Notes: generated by a model not told the origin, from the letters alone. Counted from the stretch's first letter, positions 1 through 9,412 are shown. The stretch is 64,000 nucleotides of DNA from an uncultured bacterium (GCA_963934795.1 CAWWAF010000006.1:1757-65756), one strand, 5' to 3'. Program-made: numbers and translations.

Positions 1-2
1 AC

Positions 3-899
3 GCACCTCCACCCGTGGAATTTCAGGAGTTCGGCGCCTGGACCATCGAGCCGGATCTCATTGTGACCTCTCCGCCGCACACCGTGCCGGCCGAGGCGGG
101 CGACTGGTGGGGCGACTACATTGTGCCCTCGGGGCTCGAGAGCGACCGATACATCCAGGCCATCCAGACGAAGGCTGGCGATCTCCGGGTCGTACATCAC
201 GCGTTGACCTACGCGGTGACGGACCCTGATGCACCGCTGGCAGACAGCTCTGGCGATGCGTTTCTGAACGAATACGCGGTGGGAAAGAACGGCGATGTCT
301 ATCCCGAGGGTACGGGCCGGCTGATCGAAGCGGATTCGCGGGTGCGATTCAGCTTTCACTACCACTCGGTGGGTGAGGAAGTCACCGATCAGACCGAGCT
401 GGGCTTCGTGCTCTACCCTGAGGACTACGAGCCGGACCATATCCTGTATTCTCGTCAACTCGGTGCGGCTGGCGAGCTCGACATCCCGGCCGGTCAGGTG
501 ACTCGTCACGACGGTTACCAGAAGATGTATCTGCCTGGGAAGCTCACGGCGTTCCAGCCGCACATGCATTTTCTTGGCACGCGTCAATGTGTCGAGATGA
601 TCTATCCAAACGGCTCGACGGAGATGGTCAACTGTGCCAACTTCGACTTCAACTGGCACATTGTCTACAACTACGAAGAGGACTCCGCTCCGGTGTATCC
701 GGCCGGCACGACGATGCACGTGATCAGCTACCACGACAACACGGCGGGGAATCGTGGCAACCACGATGCGAAGAACTGGACCGGTGGTGGTGCCCGGACG
801 GTCGACGAGATGGCGTTCTCCTGGCTCAGCTGGCACGATTTGACCGAAGAAGAGTATGCCGCCGAGATCGAAACTCGGAAGGCCGATGAAAACGACTGA
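3..899 (+). CDS. PHM/DBH-like (type-II copper monooxygenase ligand pattern) periplasmic protein, 5' end outside window; paralog of 58510..60066
   Basis: Frame is open from nt 3. Collinear with the C-terminal ~290 aa of the 518-aa ORF at 58510..60066. Shared motifs: DWWG, DRY, HH, FHYHS/VHLHS, PHMHFLG/PHLHAPG, NW..Y.YE, DNT.GN, NW.G.G. GC-rich third codon positions. Confidence 0.8.
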   Translation, partial: APPPVEFQEFGAWTIEPDLIVTSPPHTVPAEAGDWWGDYIVPSGLESDRYIQAIQTKAGDLRVVHHALTYAVTDPDAPLADSSGDAFLNEYAVGKNGDVYPEGTGRLIEADSRVRFSFHYHSVGEEVTDQTELGFVLYPEDYEPDHILYSRQLGAAGELDIPAGQVTRHDGYQKMYLPGKLTAFQPHMHFLGTRQCVEMIYPNGSTEMVNCANFDFNWHIVYNYEEDSAPVYPAGTTMHVISYHDNTAGNRGNHDAKNWTGGGARTVDEMAFSWLSWHDLTEEEYAAEIETRKADEND

Positions 900-927
900 G
901 CTGTGACCGCTCGGTTGGTAGGACAGG

Positions 928-967
928 CCCTCTGTGGGAGCCGGTATGGCTCCCACAGAGGGTTTTT
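928..967 (+). terminator. Rho-independent terminator between the two genes of cassette copy 1
   Basis: Perfect 15-bp inverted repeat CCCTCTGTGGGAGCC / GGCTCCCACAGAGGG with loop GGTAT, followed by TTTTT. Starts 29 nt after the stop at 899. Confidence 0.8.
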
Positions 968-1043
968 CGGTTGGGCCGATATGGGGAATACCGCGGTTCG
1001 CCACGACGTGTGGTCCGCTGAGTAGGGGAAGCGGGAGGTGAGC

Positions 1044-2018
1044 ATGAGAGTTGTCAATCGCCGGGTTCAGCAGACGACATTGGTTGGTGTGGTTGCGCTC
1101 TGTGCGCTGGGCTCCGCCGCGACGGTGGCGGCCCAAATCAATGCTCGCGATGTGCCCCTTGTGACCCAGCCTCAGCAACGCTTCCGTTCGGGGCAGGATA
1201 TTCAGCCGATCTTTGAGGGTTGGAGCGGGAACGATGACGGGAGTTATACGTTTCATTTCGGCTACCTGAACCGGAACTACGCCGAGCGGCCGACCGTGCC
1301 AATCGGGGCGGAGAACTTCTTTTCACCAGGCGAACCGGATCGTGGGCAGCCGGCCTATTTCTATCCGCGGATAAACCGCTATCAGTTTGAGGTGGTCGTG
1401 CCGGCCAGCTTTCCCCAGGACGGCGAACTGGTATGGGAGGTGACGACCCACGGCAGCACCCAATATGCGTATGGTTGGCTGCAATCAGAGTGGGAGATCG
1501 ACGTGAATACGATCACGTCGAACAATCGCACCTCGTTTGGCAGAGGGGTGGACCAACTCTATGGGAACGGATGGCCGTCGGTGACCGTCAAGGCCAGCCA
1601 TGCGTCAGTCAGCGTGGGCCAGCCGGTCACGTTGACCGCCATGATCACGGATGACGACCTCCCAGACCCCGTCGACGAGCCTGACCCGAACGCACCGCCG
1701 CGGCGCCGCGACCCGACGCTGGTCGCGCCCGAGGGCTCGCCAGAGATCCCGGACAACATCCCCCAGTACACGAAACCTGCTCCCCCTCGAAATCACCTGT
1801 CCGTGCGGTGGCTTGTGTATCGAGGCCCGGCTGACGCCACATTCGAGCCGAACGACTACAGGAAGTGGGAAGAGGGGATGGAGGGCGATGGCTGGACATC
1901 GGCGACGGTTGACTCGACGGTCACGTTCGACGAGCCGGGCACGTACATGGTACGTGCGTTCGCCAGCGATGCCATGCTCATCACGCACGGTAACGTCACG
2001 ATTACGGTGACCGAGTAG
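1044..2018 (+). CDS. Secreted beta-rich protein with C-terminal Ig/PKD-like domain; partner of the PHM-like gene; paralog of 57515..58513
   Basis: ATG 1044 lies 6 nt after GGGAGG. Signal peptide ends ...AATVAAQ. Alignable with 57515..58513 through FEGW..DGS..F.FGY.N.N, GQP..F.PR.NR..F.V.VP..F, W.VYRG..A.F.P and TFDEPGTY..R..ASD. Confidence 0.8.
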   Translation: MRVVNRRVQQTTLVGVVALCALGSAATVAAQINARDVPLVTQPQQRFRSGQDIQPIFEGWSGNDDGSYTFHFGYLNRNYAERPTVPIGAENFFSPGEPDRGQPAYFYPRINRYQFEVVVPASFPQDGELVWEVTTHGSTQYAYGWLQSEWEIDVNTITSNNRTSFGRGVDQLYGNGWPSVTVKASHASVSVGQPVTLTAMITDDDLPDPVDEPDPNAPPRRRDPTLVAPEGSPEIPDNIPQYTKPAPPRNHLSVRWLVYRGPADATFEPNDYRKWEEGMEGDGWTSATVDSTVTFDEPGTYMVRAFASDAMLITHGNVTITVTE

Positions 2019-2107
2019 GTCGCGCCCGGCCCCGGCTACCGAGAGACGTATCGAATGCTTCCCGCGGTCCAATCCCGCGTCATCCACGGTTGGGTGTGCA
2101 GACGGCC

Positions 2108-3190
2108 ATGTCAGACTCAGCGTTGACGATCCGAGCGTTACAGACCCGTGCGGTGGCCGCGCCATTGGCTCGACCGCTGCGCACCGCGTCCGGGACGATC
2201 CCCGAGTCCCCTCTGCTGCTGCTCGACGTCACATCCGAGCAAGGCCCGGTCGGCCGCGCCTACATCTTTGCCTACACCACGTTGACGCTGCGCGCGTTGA
2301 AGTCCTTCCTTGACGATCTGGCCGGGGTGGTTGCCGGGCAGCCGGCTCATCCTGCCTCGATGTACGACCATCTGGTGGAACGGTTCCGTCTCATGGGGCG
2401 CCAGGGACTGGTTGGGATGGCGCTGTCCGGCCTCGACATGGCGCTCTGGGATATGCAAGGCCGAGCGCAGAATCGACCAGTGGTCGAGCTCCTCGGTGGC
2501 CAGGCCACGCCGGTGCCCGCCTACGACAGTTTTGGGGTGGTTGATCCGGTCGCGGACGGTGACGCGCTACGGCGAAGCGTGGAGCAGGGCTTCCGTGCCA
2601 TCAAGATCAAAATAGGCGTGGGTGATCTGCCCTGGGATCTCGCGAACGTCGCATGGGTGCGCGACATCATCGGTCCAGACGTCCGGCTGATGGTGGACTA
2701 CAACCAGTCGCTGACGGCCACCGAGGCCGTCCGCCGCATCGACGCGCTGGCGCGATTCGACTTGGCCTGGATCGAGGAGCCGGTACCGGCGGAGGACCTG
2801 GCTGGACACGCGCGGGTTCGAGCCGGCTCTCGTGTGCCGATCCAGACCGGCGAGAACTGGTGGTTTGGACACGACATGGCGCATGCGCTGGACGCCGGCG
2901 CGTGCGATTGCTGCATGCCGGACCTGATGAAGATCGGCGGGGTGACCGGTTGGGTGCGCTCGATGGGGCAAGCCGAGGCAGCCTCGGTGCCGGTCTCGAG
3001 CCATCTGTTCATTGAAGCCAGTGCCCATGTGCTGCCAGTGACACCCGGGGCGCAGTATCTGGAGTACCTGGACCTGGCTGGTGCAGTGCTCGCCACGCCT
3101 TCGATGCCTGTCGATGGCACGGTCACGGCGCAGGGACCTGGGCTGGGCATGGCGTGGGACGAGGCGGCGGTGCGTCGCTACGCGTTCTAG
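2108..3190 (+). CDS. Mandelate racemase/muconate lactonizing enzyme family protein (enolase superfamily)
   Basis: Motifs KIKIG (KxK), MVDYNQ, WIEEP, GENW, DLMKIGG and SSHLF appear in the order expected for the MR subgroup. The track start 2090 is TTG; the in-frame ATG at 2108 is preferred. Confidence 0.85.
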   Translation: MSDSALTIRALQTRAVAAPLARPLRTASGTIPESPLLLLDVTSEQGPVGRAYIFAYTTLTLRALKSFLDDLAGVVAGQPAHPASMYDHLVERFRLMGRQGLVGMALSGLDMALWDMQGRAQNRPVVELLGGQATPVPAYDSFGVVDPVADGDALRRSVEQGFRAIKIKIGVGDLPWDLANVAWVRDIIGPDVRLMVDYNQSLTATEAVRRIDALARFDLAWIEEPVPAEDLAGHARVRAGSRVPIQTGENWWFGHDMAHALDAGACDCCMPDLMKIGGVTGWVRSMGQAEAASVPVSSHLFIEASAHVLPVTPGAQYLEYLDLAGAVLATPSMPVDGTVTAQGPGLGMAWDEAAVRRYAF

Positions 3191-3648
3191 TCTCGTCCGT
3201 CGCCTGGTGTGCGCGACACCTCGGCTGAGCCCGAGGCCCGCGCCGCGAGAAATACCGCAATCAGCAGACTGGTAGCCCCGATCGGCGCCAAGATGATGCC
3301 GGGACCAGGGTCACCGCCATAGACGCGGAGGCCACCGGCGAAGAACCCACCAGGGAGCAGCACGCTCGCGCCGATGAGGCACCACGAGGTTCGGAGCCTG
3401 CCCAGCGCGTCCAAGCTCGGCAGGTGCGGAAGGGACAGCGCGAACGCGATGTGGACGAGTCCCAACAACGCCCCGTGCGCATGCGCCAGGGTCCACATGA
3501 GCCGTCGCGTCTCGTTGTGCGCGTCGAGATAGAGGCCTGCTTTGAACCCGTGCAGCAGTTCCAACGCGAGACCGAGCATCAGGAAGCCGAAGAGCGACCA
3601 CCAGCCAAGCCGAAGGTGACGTCGGGTGTAGTTCATGGCGCGAGTCAC
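3187..3648 (-). CDS. His-rich four-TM membrane protein of unknown function, stop-start coupled to the octaheme cytochrome gene
   Basis: Four hydrophobic segments. His residues in TM1 (LLHGF) and TM2 (LAHAHGALLGLVH). GTG at 3648 lies 2 nt after the upstream stop; alternative ATG at 3636. GC-rich third positions. Confidence 0.65.
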   Translation of the reverse strand: MTRAMNYTRRHLRLGWWSLFGFLMLGLALELLHGFKAGLYLDAHNETRRLMWTLAHAHGALLGLVHIAFALSLPHLPSLDALGRLRTSWCLIGASVLLPGGFFAGGLRVYGGDPGPGIILAPIGATSLLIAVFLAARASGSAEVSRTPGDGRD

Positions 3649-3650
3649 GA

Positions 3651-5660
3651 CTACTCTCTGAGGAACAGGCCACGCTGATCCCGTTGATCGAAGAGTCGCC
3701 GCATGGCCTCCACTCGAGGCAGGCCTTCGGGGCCGACCAGCAGTTCGGGGTCGCGTCGTTGCCTGGCGCGTGGATCAGCACGCCAGGCCTGTATCAGGCG
3801 TACCGCGACGTCGACGCGCTCCGCTTCGGGGGCCACGAAATCATACGAAAGACCGGAGTACCCGGGCAAGCTCCGAAGTGAGCGCGCCGCAATAAACCGC
3901 ACCGCTTCGTACTGATCGCCCAGCGCCTCCGCCAGATGGGGCGTCATCCAGCTTGTTCCCGACGCGTCCTGGGCCGGGCCCCACCCCATCGCGTCTGCGG
4001 TGATCGCTCGCAGGCCGGCGTCGCCCCGCAGCATCCATAGCACGCCGGCGGCGACGGTACGGTCGTCGTCGTCCAGCGATGGCGCCGGTGTGTCATACCA
4101 CTCGTCGAGACGGTCCGCCGTCCACGCGACCGTCTTGTCCAGGTGGCAGAGGTTGCACGCGTTCGGGCGGCCCAATGCCACGGACTCCGTGGCGGACGGG
4201 CTGCTGACCGTGTGGCTCCGCATCGTCTTCAAGAGCCCGTAGCTGGTGTACGGCATGTGGCAGTTGTAGCAGCGACTCCCGGTCGAGCCGGTCGCGTGCC
4301 GGGTATGCGCGGTGACCTGGTCGGCCATCGGTTCGTGACACTGCAGGCACGCCTGGTCCCCTTGCCCGTTCGTCGACACCTGGTGGGTGTCCGCCCATTC
4401 CTCGATCGAGCGGGTATCTTCGCCCGGTTTGTGCATGTCGTGACAGGAGAAGCAACTCAGCGTGCGGTCCGCGTGCGTGGCGTCCCTGAAGCATGGGGAG
4501 TCCAGGAGTCCGTTGTACTCCCGTCCGGATACGCGAATCATGCCATCAGGCCAGAACGAACCTCGCACAAATTCAGGGTCCGCCTCGATAAGGGCGGACA
4601 TCGCCGCGGACGTACCGTCGAGCGAGGGTTGCGCGACGAACCGATTGTCTCGGAGCTCATCTCCCGGTCGGTACGGCAATCCGGCGACATTGGCACGTCG
4701 TTCGCCGGCCTGGTCGTAGAACTCCCACACGCTGTGACATTGCCCGCACACCTGCGACGATCGCTGTGGATCGAGTCTGGTCGGCAACACGATGGTCGGG
4801 TCGCCGTCCGGTTCGCCATCCTGCCGCTGACCAAGGTGCCTTGCATACCGCCGAAGAGGATTTCGGTTTGCTTCGACGTGAGCCTGTCCGGGGCCATGAC
4901 ACGACTCGCACGAGATGCCGAATTCGGCCACCGTGGTGTCCATGGTCTGGGAGTCGAACGGTTCAGAACGGTATGGTGTGTCAATCGCGGTCTTGCCCTG
5001 TGTGGTGTGACACGCGATACAAATCGCGTTCCAGTGGCCGTTCAACATTGCCAGTGTTTGTCCCGGCGGATGCAGCACCAACGCGCTGCGGGGGACCCAT
5101 CGCTGTTCCTTCAGCAGATAGGCCGCCGGCAGGACGTTGAGGGCTCGGTTTCGACCTGTCGCATACCAGTAGACGTTCTGGTGATGAGACCCCGTGATCA
5201 TGACCACCTGGCGCCTGATTCGCGGGCGGGCGTCCGGGGCACCCTCCCATCCGGGGTCGTCGAACTCAGCCCAGAAGTCGTTACCGTCACGGCTCAGGAG
5301 CATCGGGGCGCCATGGGCATCCTCGACTCGCACGTCGTCGAAGTCGGCCCGTACGGTCTCGGGGGTCGGCACCTGCGTCATCGTGCGATGGAACGAGCCG
5401 TACCAGCTCGCGTACTCCGTCGGATGGCACGCCTGGCACGTGTCTGAGGACACGTACCCGTCCGCGTCGAGCTCAACAGGGCGGTTGGTGATCTGGGACT
5501 CGGGAACCGGGCGGTCAAGCGAGAAGACGGCTGTGAGCCCCAGGGCGGCGGCGGCAGCCAGGAGCAGCAAGATTGGGAGGTCGGTCCGGATGCGATGCGC
5601 GAAGGTTGGGGCGGCGGGGTCGCGAGGCGACTCCTGTCGACGTCCGCGTCGTGCGGTCAT
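3651..5660 (-). CDS. Octaheme c-type cytochrome with C-terminal HEAT-like repeat region
   Basis: Eight CxxCH motifs: CQACH, CIACH, CESCH, CGQCH, CFSCH, CLQCH, CYNCH, CNLCH. N-terminal hydrophobic anchor LPILLLLAAAAALGL. C-terminal heme-free ...AVRFIAARSLRSLPG... repeats. Start moved to ATG 5660 (MTARRG...) because the longer track ORF overlaps gene 5794..6438. Confidence 0.85.
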   Translation of the reverse strand: MTARRGRRQESPRDPAAPTFAHRIRTDLPILLLLAAAAALGLTAVFSLDRPVPESQITNRPVELDADGYVSSDTCQACHPTEYASWYGSFHRTMTQVPTPETVRADFDDVRVEDAHGAPMLLSRDGNDFWAEFDDPGWEGAPDARPRIRRQVVMITGSHHQNVYWYATGRNRALNVLPAAYLLKEQRWVPRSALVLHPPGQTLAMLNGHWNAICIACHTTQGKTAIDTPYRSEPFDSQTMDTTVAEFGISCESCHGPGQAHVEANRNPLRRYARHLGQRQDGEPDGDPTIVLPTRLDPQRSSQVCGQCHSVWEFYDQAGERRANVAGLPYRPGDELRDNRFVAQPSLDGTSAAMSALIEADPEFVRGSFWPDGMIRVSGREYNGLLDSPCFRDATHADRTLSCFSCHDMHKPGEDTRSIEEWADTHQVSTNGQGDQACLQCHEPMADQVTAHTRHATGSTGSRCYNCHMPYTSYGLLKTMRSHTVSSPSATESVALGRPNACNLCHLDKTVAWTADRLDEWYDTPAPSLDDDDRTVAAGVLWMLRGDAGLRAITADAMGWGPAQDASGTSWMTPHLAEALGDQYEAVRFIAARSLRSLPGYSGLSYDFVAPEAERVDVAVRLIQAWRADPRARQRRDPELLVGPEGLPRVEAMRRLFDQRDQRGLFLRE

Positions 5661-5793
5661 GTCGTAAGGCCGGGAAGGGCACCTGGCTTGGGCCGCGACC
5701 GGGCGCGCAGACGCTGCGCCCGGTCGCGACACACGTATTTGGCTCGTCAGCAATGCAGTGCGCGGATCTGCTGACCTGGATGAGGCGGTGACG

Positions 5794-6438
5794 TTAGTTA
5801 CCCGCGAAGCAGTAGAAATAGCCGTTTCCGCCGGTCGCCTGGAGGTTCGCCTGGCTGCAGCCGCGCGAGCCGTGTGCCGAATTCCAGGAGGCCGGGTTGG
5901 CACCACCACCGGTCCGATCGAAATGTCCGACCAGTGCGCTGCCGGCGCCGTCTGCGTTCGACGTCCAGTTACTGCAGGTGCTGTCGTCGCTGCCCGAGAC
6001 CGCGGTCCCGTCCAAATAGGACCCCGTCAGAATATCGTGCTGGTTCGGGTCGTCACCCCGCCCGTTCGTCATGCCGCCCTTTTCATTCAGGACGCTTTCC
6101 TTCGTCAGCAGGTTCTCGAAGTGCAGCTGGTCGATGCTGCTGGCCACGACGTCGCCTGCGACGTTCTGCCACGGACCTGCGCCGATACGGTCACGCGCGT
6201 TGACGCCACCCGAACCGGTGGTGCTGAGATACGCGCGCCAGGTCTTGCCGCCGGCCCCGACCGCAGCCGCGAGTGACTGGCAGTGCGCGTCCGCGCCCGA
6301 AAGACCGCCGAGGTTGGCGCCGTCGCCGGATCCCACGCTACTGAGGAAGAAGGTCATGTCGGCGGCTTGTGCGAAGACCGGCGATACGCTCAGCCCAGAA
6401 ATCAGCGCGGCGGCGCCGACAAGTTGAAAAATTCTCAT
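5794..6438 (-). CDS. Secreted endostatin/DUF1554-like (C-type-lectin-fold-like) protein; paralog of 54652..55410
   Basis: AAGGAG lies 8 nt upstream of the ATG. Signal peptide ends ...PVFAQA. Motifs GGLSGADAHCQSLAAAVGAGGKTWRAYLST, DSTCSNWTS and C-terminal GYFYCFA resemble the collagen XVIII endostatin domain as I remember it. Confidence 0.7.
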   Translation of the reverse strand: MRIFQLVGAAALISGLSVSPVFAQAADMTFFLSSVGSGDGANLGGLSGADAHCQSLAAAVGAGGKTWRAYLSTTGSGGVNARDRIGAGPWQNVAGDVVASSIDQLHFENLLTKESVLNEKGGMTNGRGDDPNQHDILTGSYLDGTAVSGSDDSTCSNWTSNADGAGSALVGHFDRTGGGANPASWNSAHGSRGCSQANLQATGGNGYFYCFAGN

Positions 6439-6614
6439 GGTGGTGCTCCTTGGTCATGTGTCCCAAGCCAGGCGGTTCGGGGCGAAATTCACTAATTCGG
6501 AAGAGTATAGCGCGACGGCGGTGTCGACGGGGCTCGGGCGCCGACCGCCACCGGCGTTGCGTATACTGGTCCTCCGACCCGCGCACAGGTTGGCACAGGG
6601 AGGTCGTAGCCGGA

Positions 6615-7271
6615 ATGACTGCAGGAATCAGATACATCGTCACGTTGGTCGCACCGAAGGTATGCGCAGCTGGGCTCGTCCTGCTGGGCCTGGCGGCCTG
6701 CGCGCCGGCATCCGGGCAGACTCCCGGCGAACTCATGCGACAAGCGGAAACGGACTTTCTGGCTGGTCGTGTCGAAGAGTCGATGATCAACTTCGACCAG
6801 GTCGCGCAGCAGCGCCCTGACGTTGCGCCGCAGCTGTGGCAGCGCGGTATCGCGCTCTACTACACGGGGCGCTACCAAGAGTGCCGGGAGCAGTTCGAAT
6901 CCCATCGGTTGGTCAATCCCGCCGATGTCGAGAATGCCGCGTGGCACTTTCTCTGTGTGGCCCGGTCTGATGGTGCGGACGCGGCCCTCGCTGCGTTGCT
7001 CCCGGTCGGGAGGGATGGGCGCTCGCCGATGCCTGAGATCTACGAGATGTTCGGTGGCCGAATGAGCCAGGAGGACGTACTCGCCGCGGCAGGTGACAAT
7101 GCCCGGGGCCAGTTCTACGCCCACCTCTACCTGGGGCTGTATCAGGAAGCGCTCGGCCAGATTGCGGGTGCCCGCGAGTTCATACTACTGGCCGCCGACG
7201 ATCGGTTCGCCGCGGCCGGCGGGTACATGCACGGGGTCGCGGTCGTACATCGCGACCGACTGGAACCGTAG
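6615..7271 (+). CDS. TPR-like lipoprotein of unknown function
   Basis: Internal ATG 6615 gives a lipobox-type signal (LLGLAAC). Helical repeat content follows (GRYQECREQF, FYAHLYLGLYQEALG). The longer track ORF is an Arg-rich extension that overlaps the divergent gene. Confidence 0.7.
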   Translation: MTAGIRYIVTLVAPKVCAAGLVLLGLAACAPASGQTPGELMRQAETDFLAGRVEESMINFDQVAQQRPDVAPQLWQRGIALYYTGRYQECREQFESHRLVNPADVENAAWHFLCVARSDGADAALAALLPVGRDGRSPMPEIYEMFGGRMSQEDVLAAAGDNARGQFYAHLYLGLYQEALGQIAGAREFILLAADDRFAAAGGYMHGVAVVHRDRLEP

Positions 7272-7324
7272 CCCGGGGCGGCGTGTCCGACGCACCGCGG
7301 TGGGAGACGGGGCTCACGCCGCCG

Positions 7325-8446
7325 TCAACGCAATACTCGTATCCGGTGGGCTTCGCTATCGCCGACATACAATCCGCCGTCTGACGTGGCGAACACGCCG
7401 TGCGGCCGATTGAGTCGGCAGCGGAGCGGATCTGACTCCGGCCCGTCACCGCGTTCCCCGTTACCGAGTACGGTCGAAATGGTCCCGTCGGTGATGTCGA
7501 CCATCCGTATGACGTGATTCTCCGTATCGGCGACGTACAGGAAACCGTCACGATAGGCCAGCCCTTTGGGACCGCCTAGGGTGGCTTGCGTCGCTGGTCC
7601 GCCGTCGCCGGTGTGGCCCGGTTCCCCGGTACCTGCCACATGATGCAGCGTCTCGGTGTCGAGCGCGATCCGGTAGATGGCGTTGCCCTCTCGCAGGGCC
7701 AGATACAGGTTGCCAGCCGGGTCGAGCGCCATCGCTCGCGGTCCGTTGAGTGGCGTGCCCGCGAGCGGCGCCCCGTCGGGGGTCGGTTCCCGCTCGCCGG
7801 TGCCGGCCCAGGTCTCGATGACTCCCGTGGCCGGGTCGACGCGTCGAATCCGATGGTTCCCGATGTCGCAGATGAGCAGGCGCCCCGCAGGGTCGAATGC
7901 AATGCTGTGGGGTTGGCGCAGTTGTGCCTCGCGGGCCAGTCCGCCATCGCCAGAGAAGCCCGCCTCGCCAGTGCCGGCCACCGTCAAGATGAGGCCGGTG
8001 CTGGCGTCGACCCGTCGTACGACGTGGCTGTCCCGCTCAACAATGAACAGGTGCCCGTCGCGGTCGAACTGGATCTCGTGCGGCATGTTGAGCCGGGCCT
8101 CGGTCGCGGGACCACCGTCGCCGGCGTAGCCCCGCTGGCCATTGCCCGCGATGGTGGTCGTGCGCCCAGTGGTCAGGTCGAGTCGACGGATCCGCTGGTT
8201 GTCGAGATCGCAGAAATAGAGGGCACCATCCGGTCCGATGACGACGCCGTACGGATTGGCCACAGCGCCGTCCGAGAAGCCCGCCGTCCCGTTGCCGATG
8301 ACGGTGGTCACCGTGGCCGCTCCGACCGGTTGCGCGAAACACAGGAGCGTGCCGGCCAGGATGAGCCAGCGGGTCGGTTCCGGGGCAGGTCTCGGCTGAG
8401 TCCAGCGAGATGACGACGGCTTCACGATGTGCATGACGTGTCTCAC
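7325..8446 (-). CDS. NHL-repeat six-bladed beta-propeller protein (secreted)
   Basis: Repeated units of the form G.GFSGDGGPA..A.L..P..I.FD..G.L.I.D..NH.IRR.D. Signal peptide. GAGGA lies 6 nt upstream of GTG 8446. Confidence 0.85.
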   Translation of the reverse strand: MRHVMHIVKPSSSRWTQPRPAPEPTRWLILAGTLLCFAQPVGAATVTTVIGNGTAGFSDGAVANPYGVVIGPDGALYFCDLDNQRIRRLDLTTGRTTTIAGNGQRGYAGDGGPATEARLNMPHEIQFDRDGHLFIVERDSHVVRRVDASTGLILTVAGTGEAGFSGDGGLAREAQLRQPHSIAFDPAGRLLICDIGNHRIRRVDPATGVIETWAGTGEREPTPDGAPLAGTPLNGPRAMALDPAGNLYLALREGNAIYRIALDTETLHHVAGTGEPGHTGDGGPATQATLGGPKGLAYRDGFLYVADTENHVIRMVDITDGTISTVLGNGERGDGPESDPLRCRLNRPHGVFATSDGGLYVGDSEAHRIRVLR

Positions 8447-8554
8447 TTCAATCCTCGCCAGCGGCTCATACGCAGCGAACTTCTCGGGCGACGTGCGGCC
8501 TTGCAGGCCCCGTGTGCGAACGGACGGCCGGCGATCGACACCTCGCCGACGACT

Positions 8555-9310
8555 CTAGAGCGCGTCGCGGATCGCGCGCGCCCGGCCTTCGAGGGCCAGC
8601 GCGTCGTCCGGGCGATTCATCCCACGGAAGACGACGGCGTACTCCTGGAGGATGGTGAGCAGTTGGTCCTGATCGGGTTCTGCTTGATCCAACGTGAGGG
8701 CCAGCACCTCGCGGTACAGCGGCTCGGCGTCCCGGTGACGTCCTTCTCGCAGATACAAGCCCGCCAGCGCAGTCCGGAGAACCAGCACGTCCGGGTGACC
8801 CGGTCCGACCTCCCAGTCGAGGATACCGAGGGCTCGCTGAAATAGCGGTTCCGCATCTTCAGACTGGTCGAGTACCGCATAGAACACCGCCAGGTCGGCG
8901 GCGAAACGCGCCACGCGAGGCGACTCGGGTCCATCAATCCGTTCGAGGCGCGTCAGCGCCTCCTGATAGAGGGGTTCCGCCTCGGAATCTCGCGCCTGCG
9001 CGTGGTAGAAGTCGGCGAGGTTGCCCAGTGTGATGGCCAGACGCGGATCGGACGGCTCAAACTCGAGTGCGGCGTGTTCGGCGGCCACGAACCACTGCTC
9101 AGCGGCCTCGAAATCCTGGTCCTGGTACGCAAAGGCGGCCGCCTCCATGTACTGTTCCCAGCTTTGCGTTTGGCAACCGAGAACGCAGACCAGCAAGGTC
9201 ATGACGACGAGTCGTCGTGTGGGGAGTCCGGCTCGCGCGCTCAGTGGGACCCCGTCGCGTGCGCGACCGCGCGAATTGGACGTGACCGGTTGGCGCACCA
9301 TGACAGGCAC
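8555..9310 (-). CDS. Tetratricopeptide-repeat lipoprotein
   Basis: Lipobox LLVCVLGC, followed by TPR_10/12-like repeats (AEPLYQEAL, AEPLFQRAL, AEPLYREVL). Exact start uncertain: GTG 9310 or ATG 9301. Confidence 0.8.
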   Translation of the reverse strand: MPVMVRQPVTSNSRGRARDGVPLSARAGLPTRRLVVMTLLVCVLGCQTQSWEQYMEAAAFAYQDQDFEAAEQWFVAAEHAALEFEPSDPRLAITLGNLADFYHAQARDSEAEPLYQEALTRLERIDGPESPRVARFAADLAVFYAVLDQSEDAEPLFQRALGILDWEVGPGHPDVLVLRTALAGLYLREGRHRDAEPLYREVLALTLDQAEPDQDQLLTILQEYAVVFRGMNRPDDALALEGRARAIRDAL

Positions 9311-9412
9311 CGGATTATAGCGCGCAAGACCTGAGCCTTTCCCGATGGACGCCCCAGGTATAGACTGCGACCAGCGATTCGACGTCCACGGTGGAGCGTG
9401 GAGGAGGGGCCA

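Noticed and set aside
5661-5909. N-terminal 83-codon extension of the octaheme cytochrome ORF as listed in the track.
   Set aside because: The extension is Arg/Ala-rich, precedes the obvious anchor helix and overlaps the 3' end of gene 5794..6438. The internal ATG 5660 was used instead.
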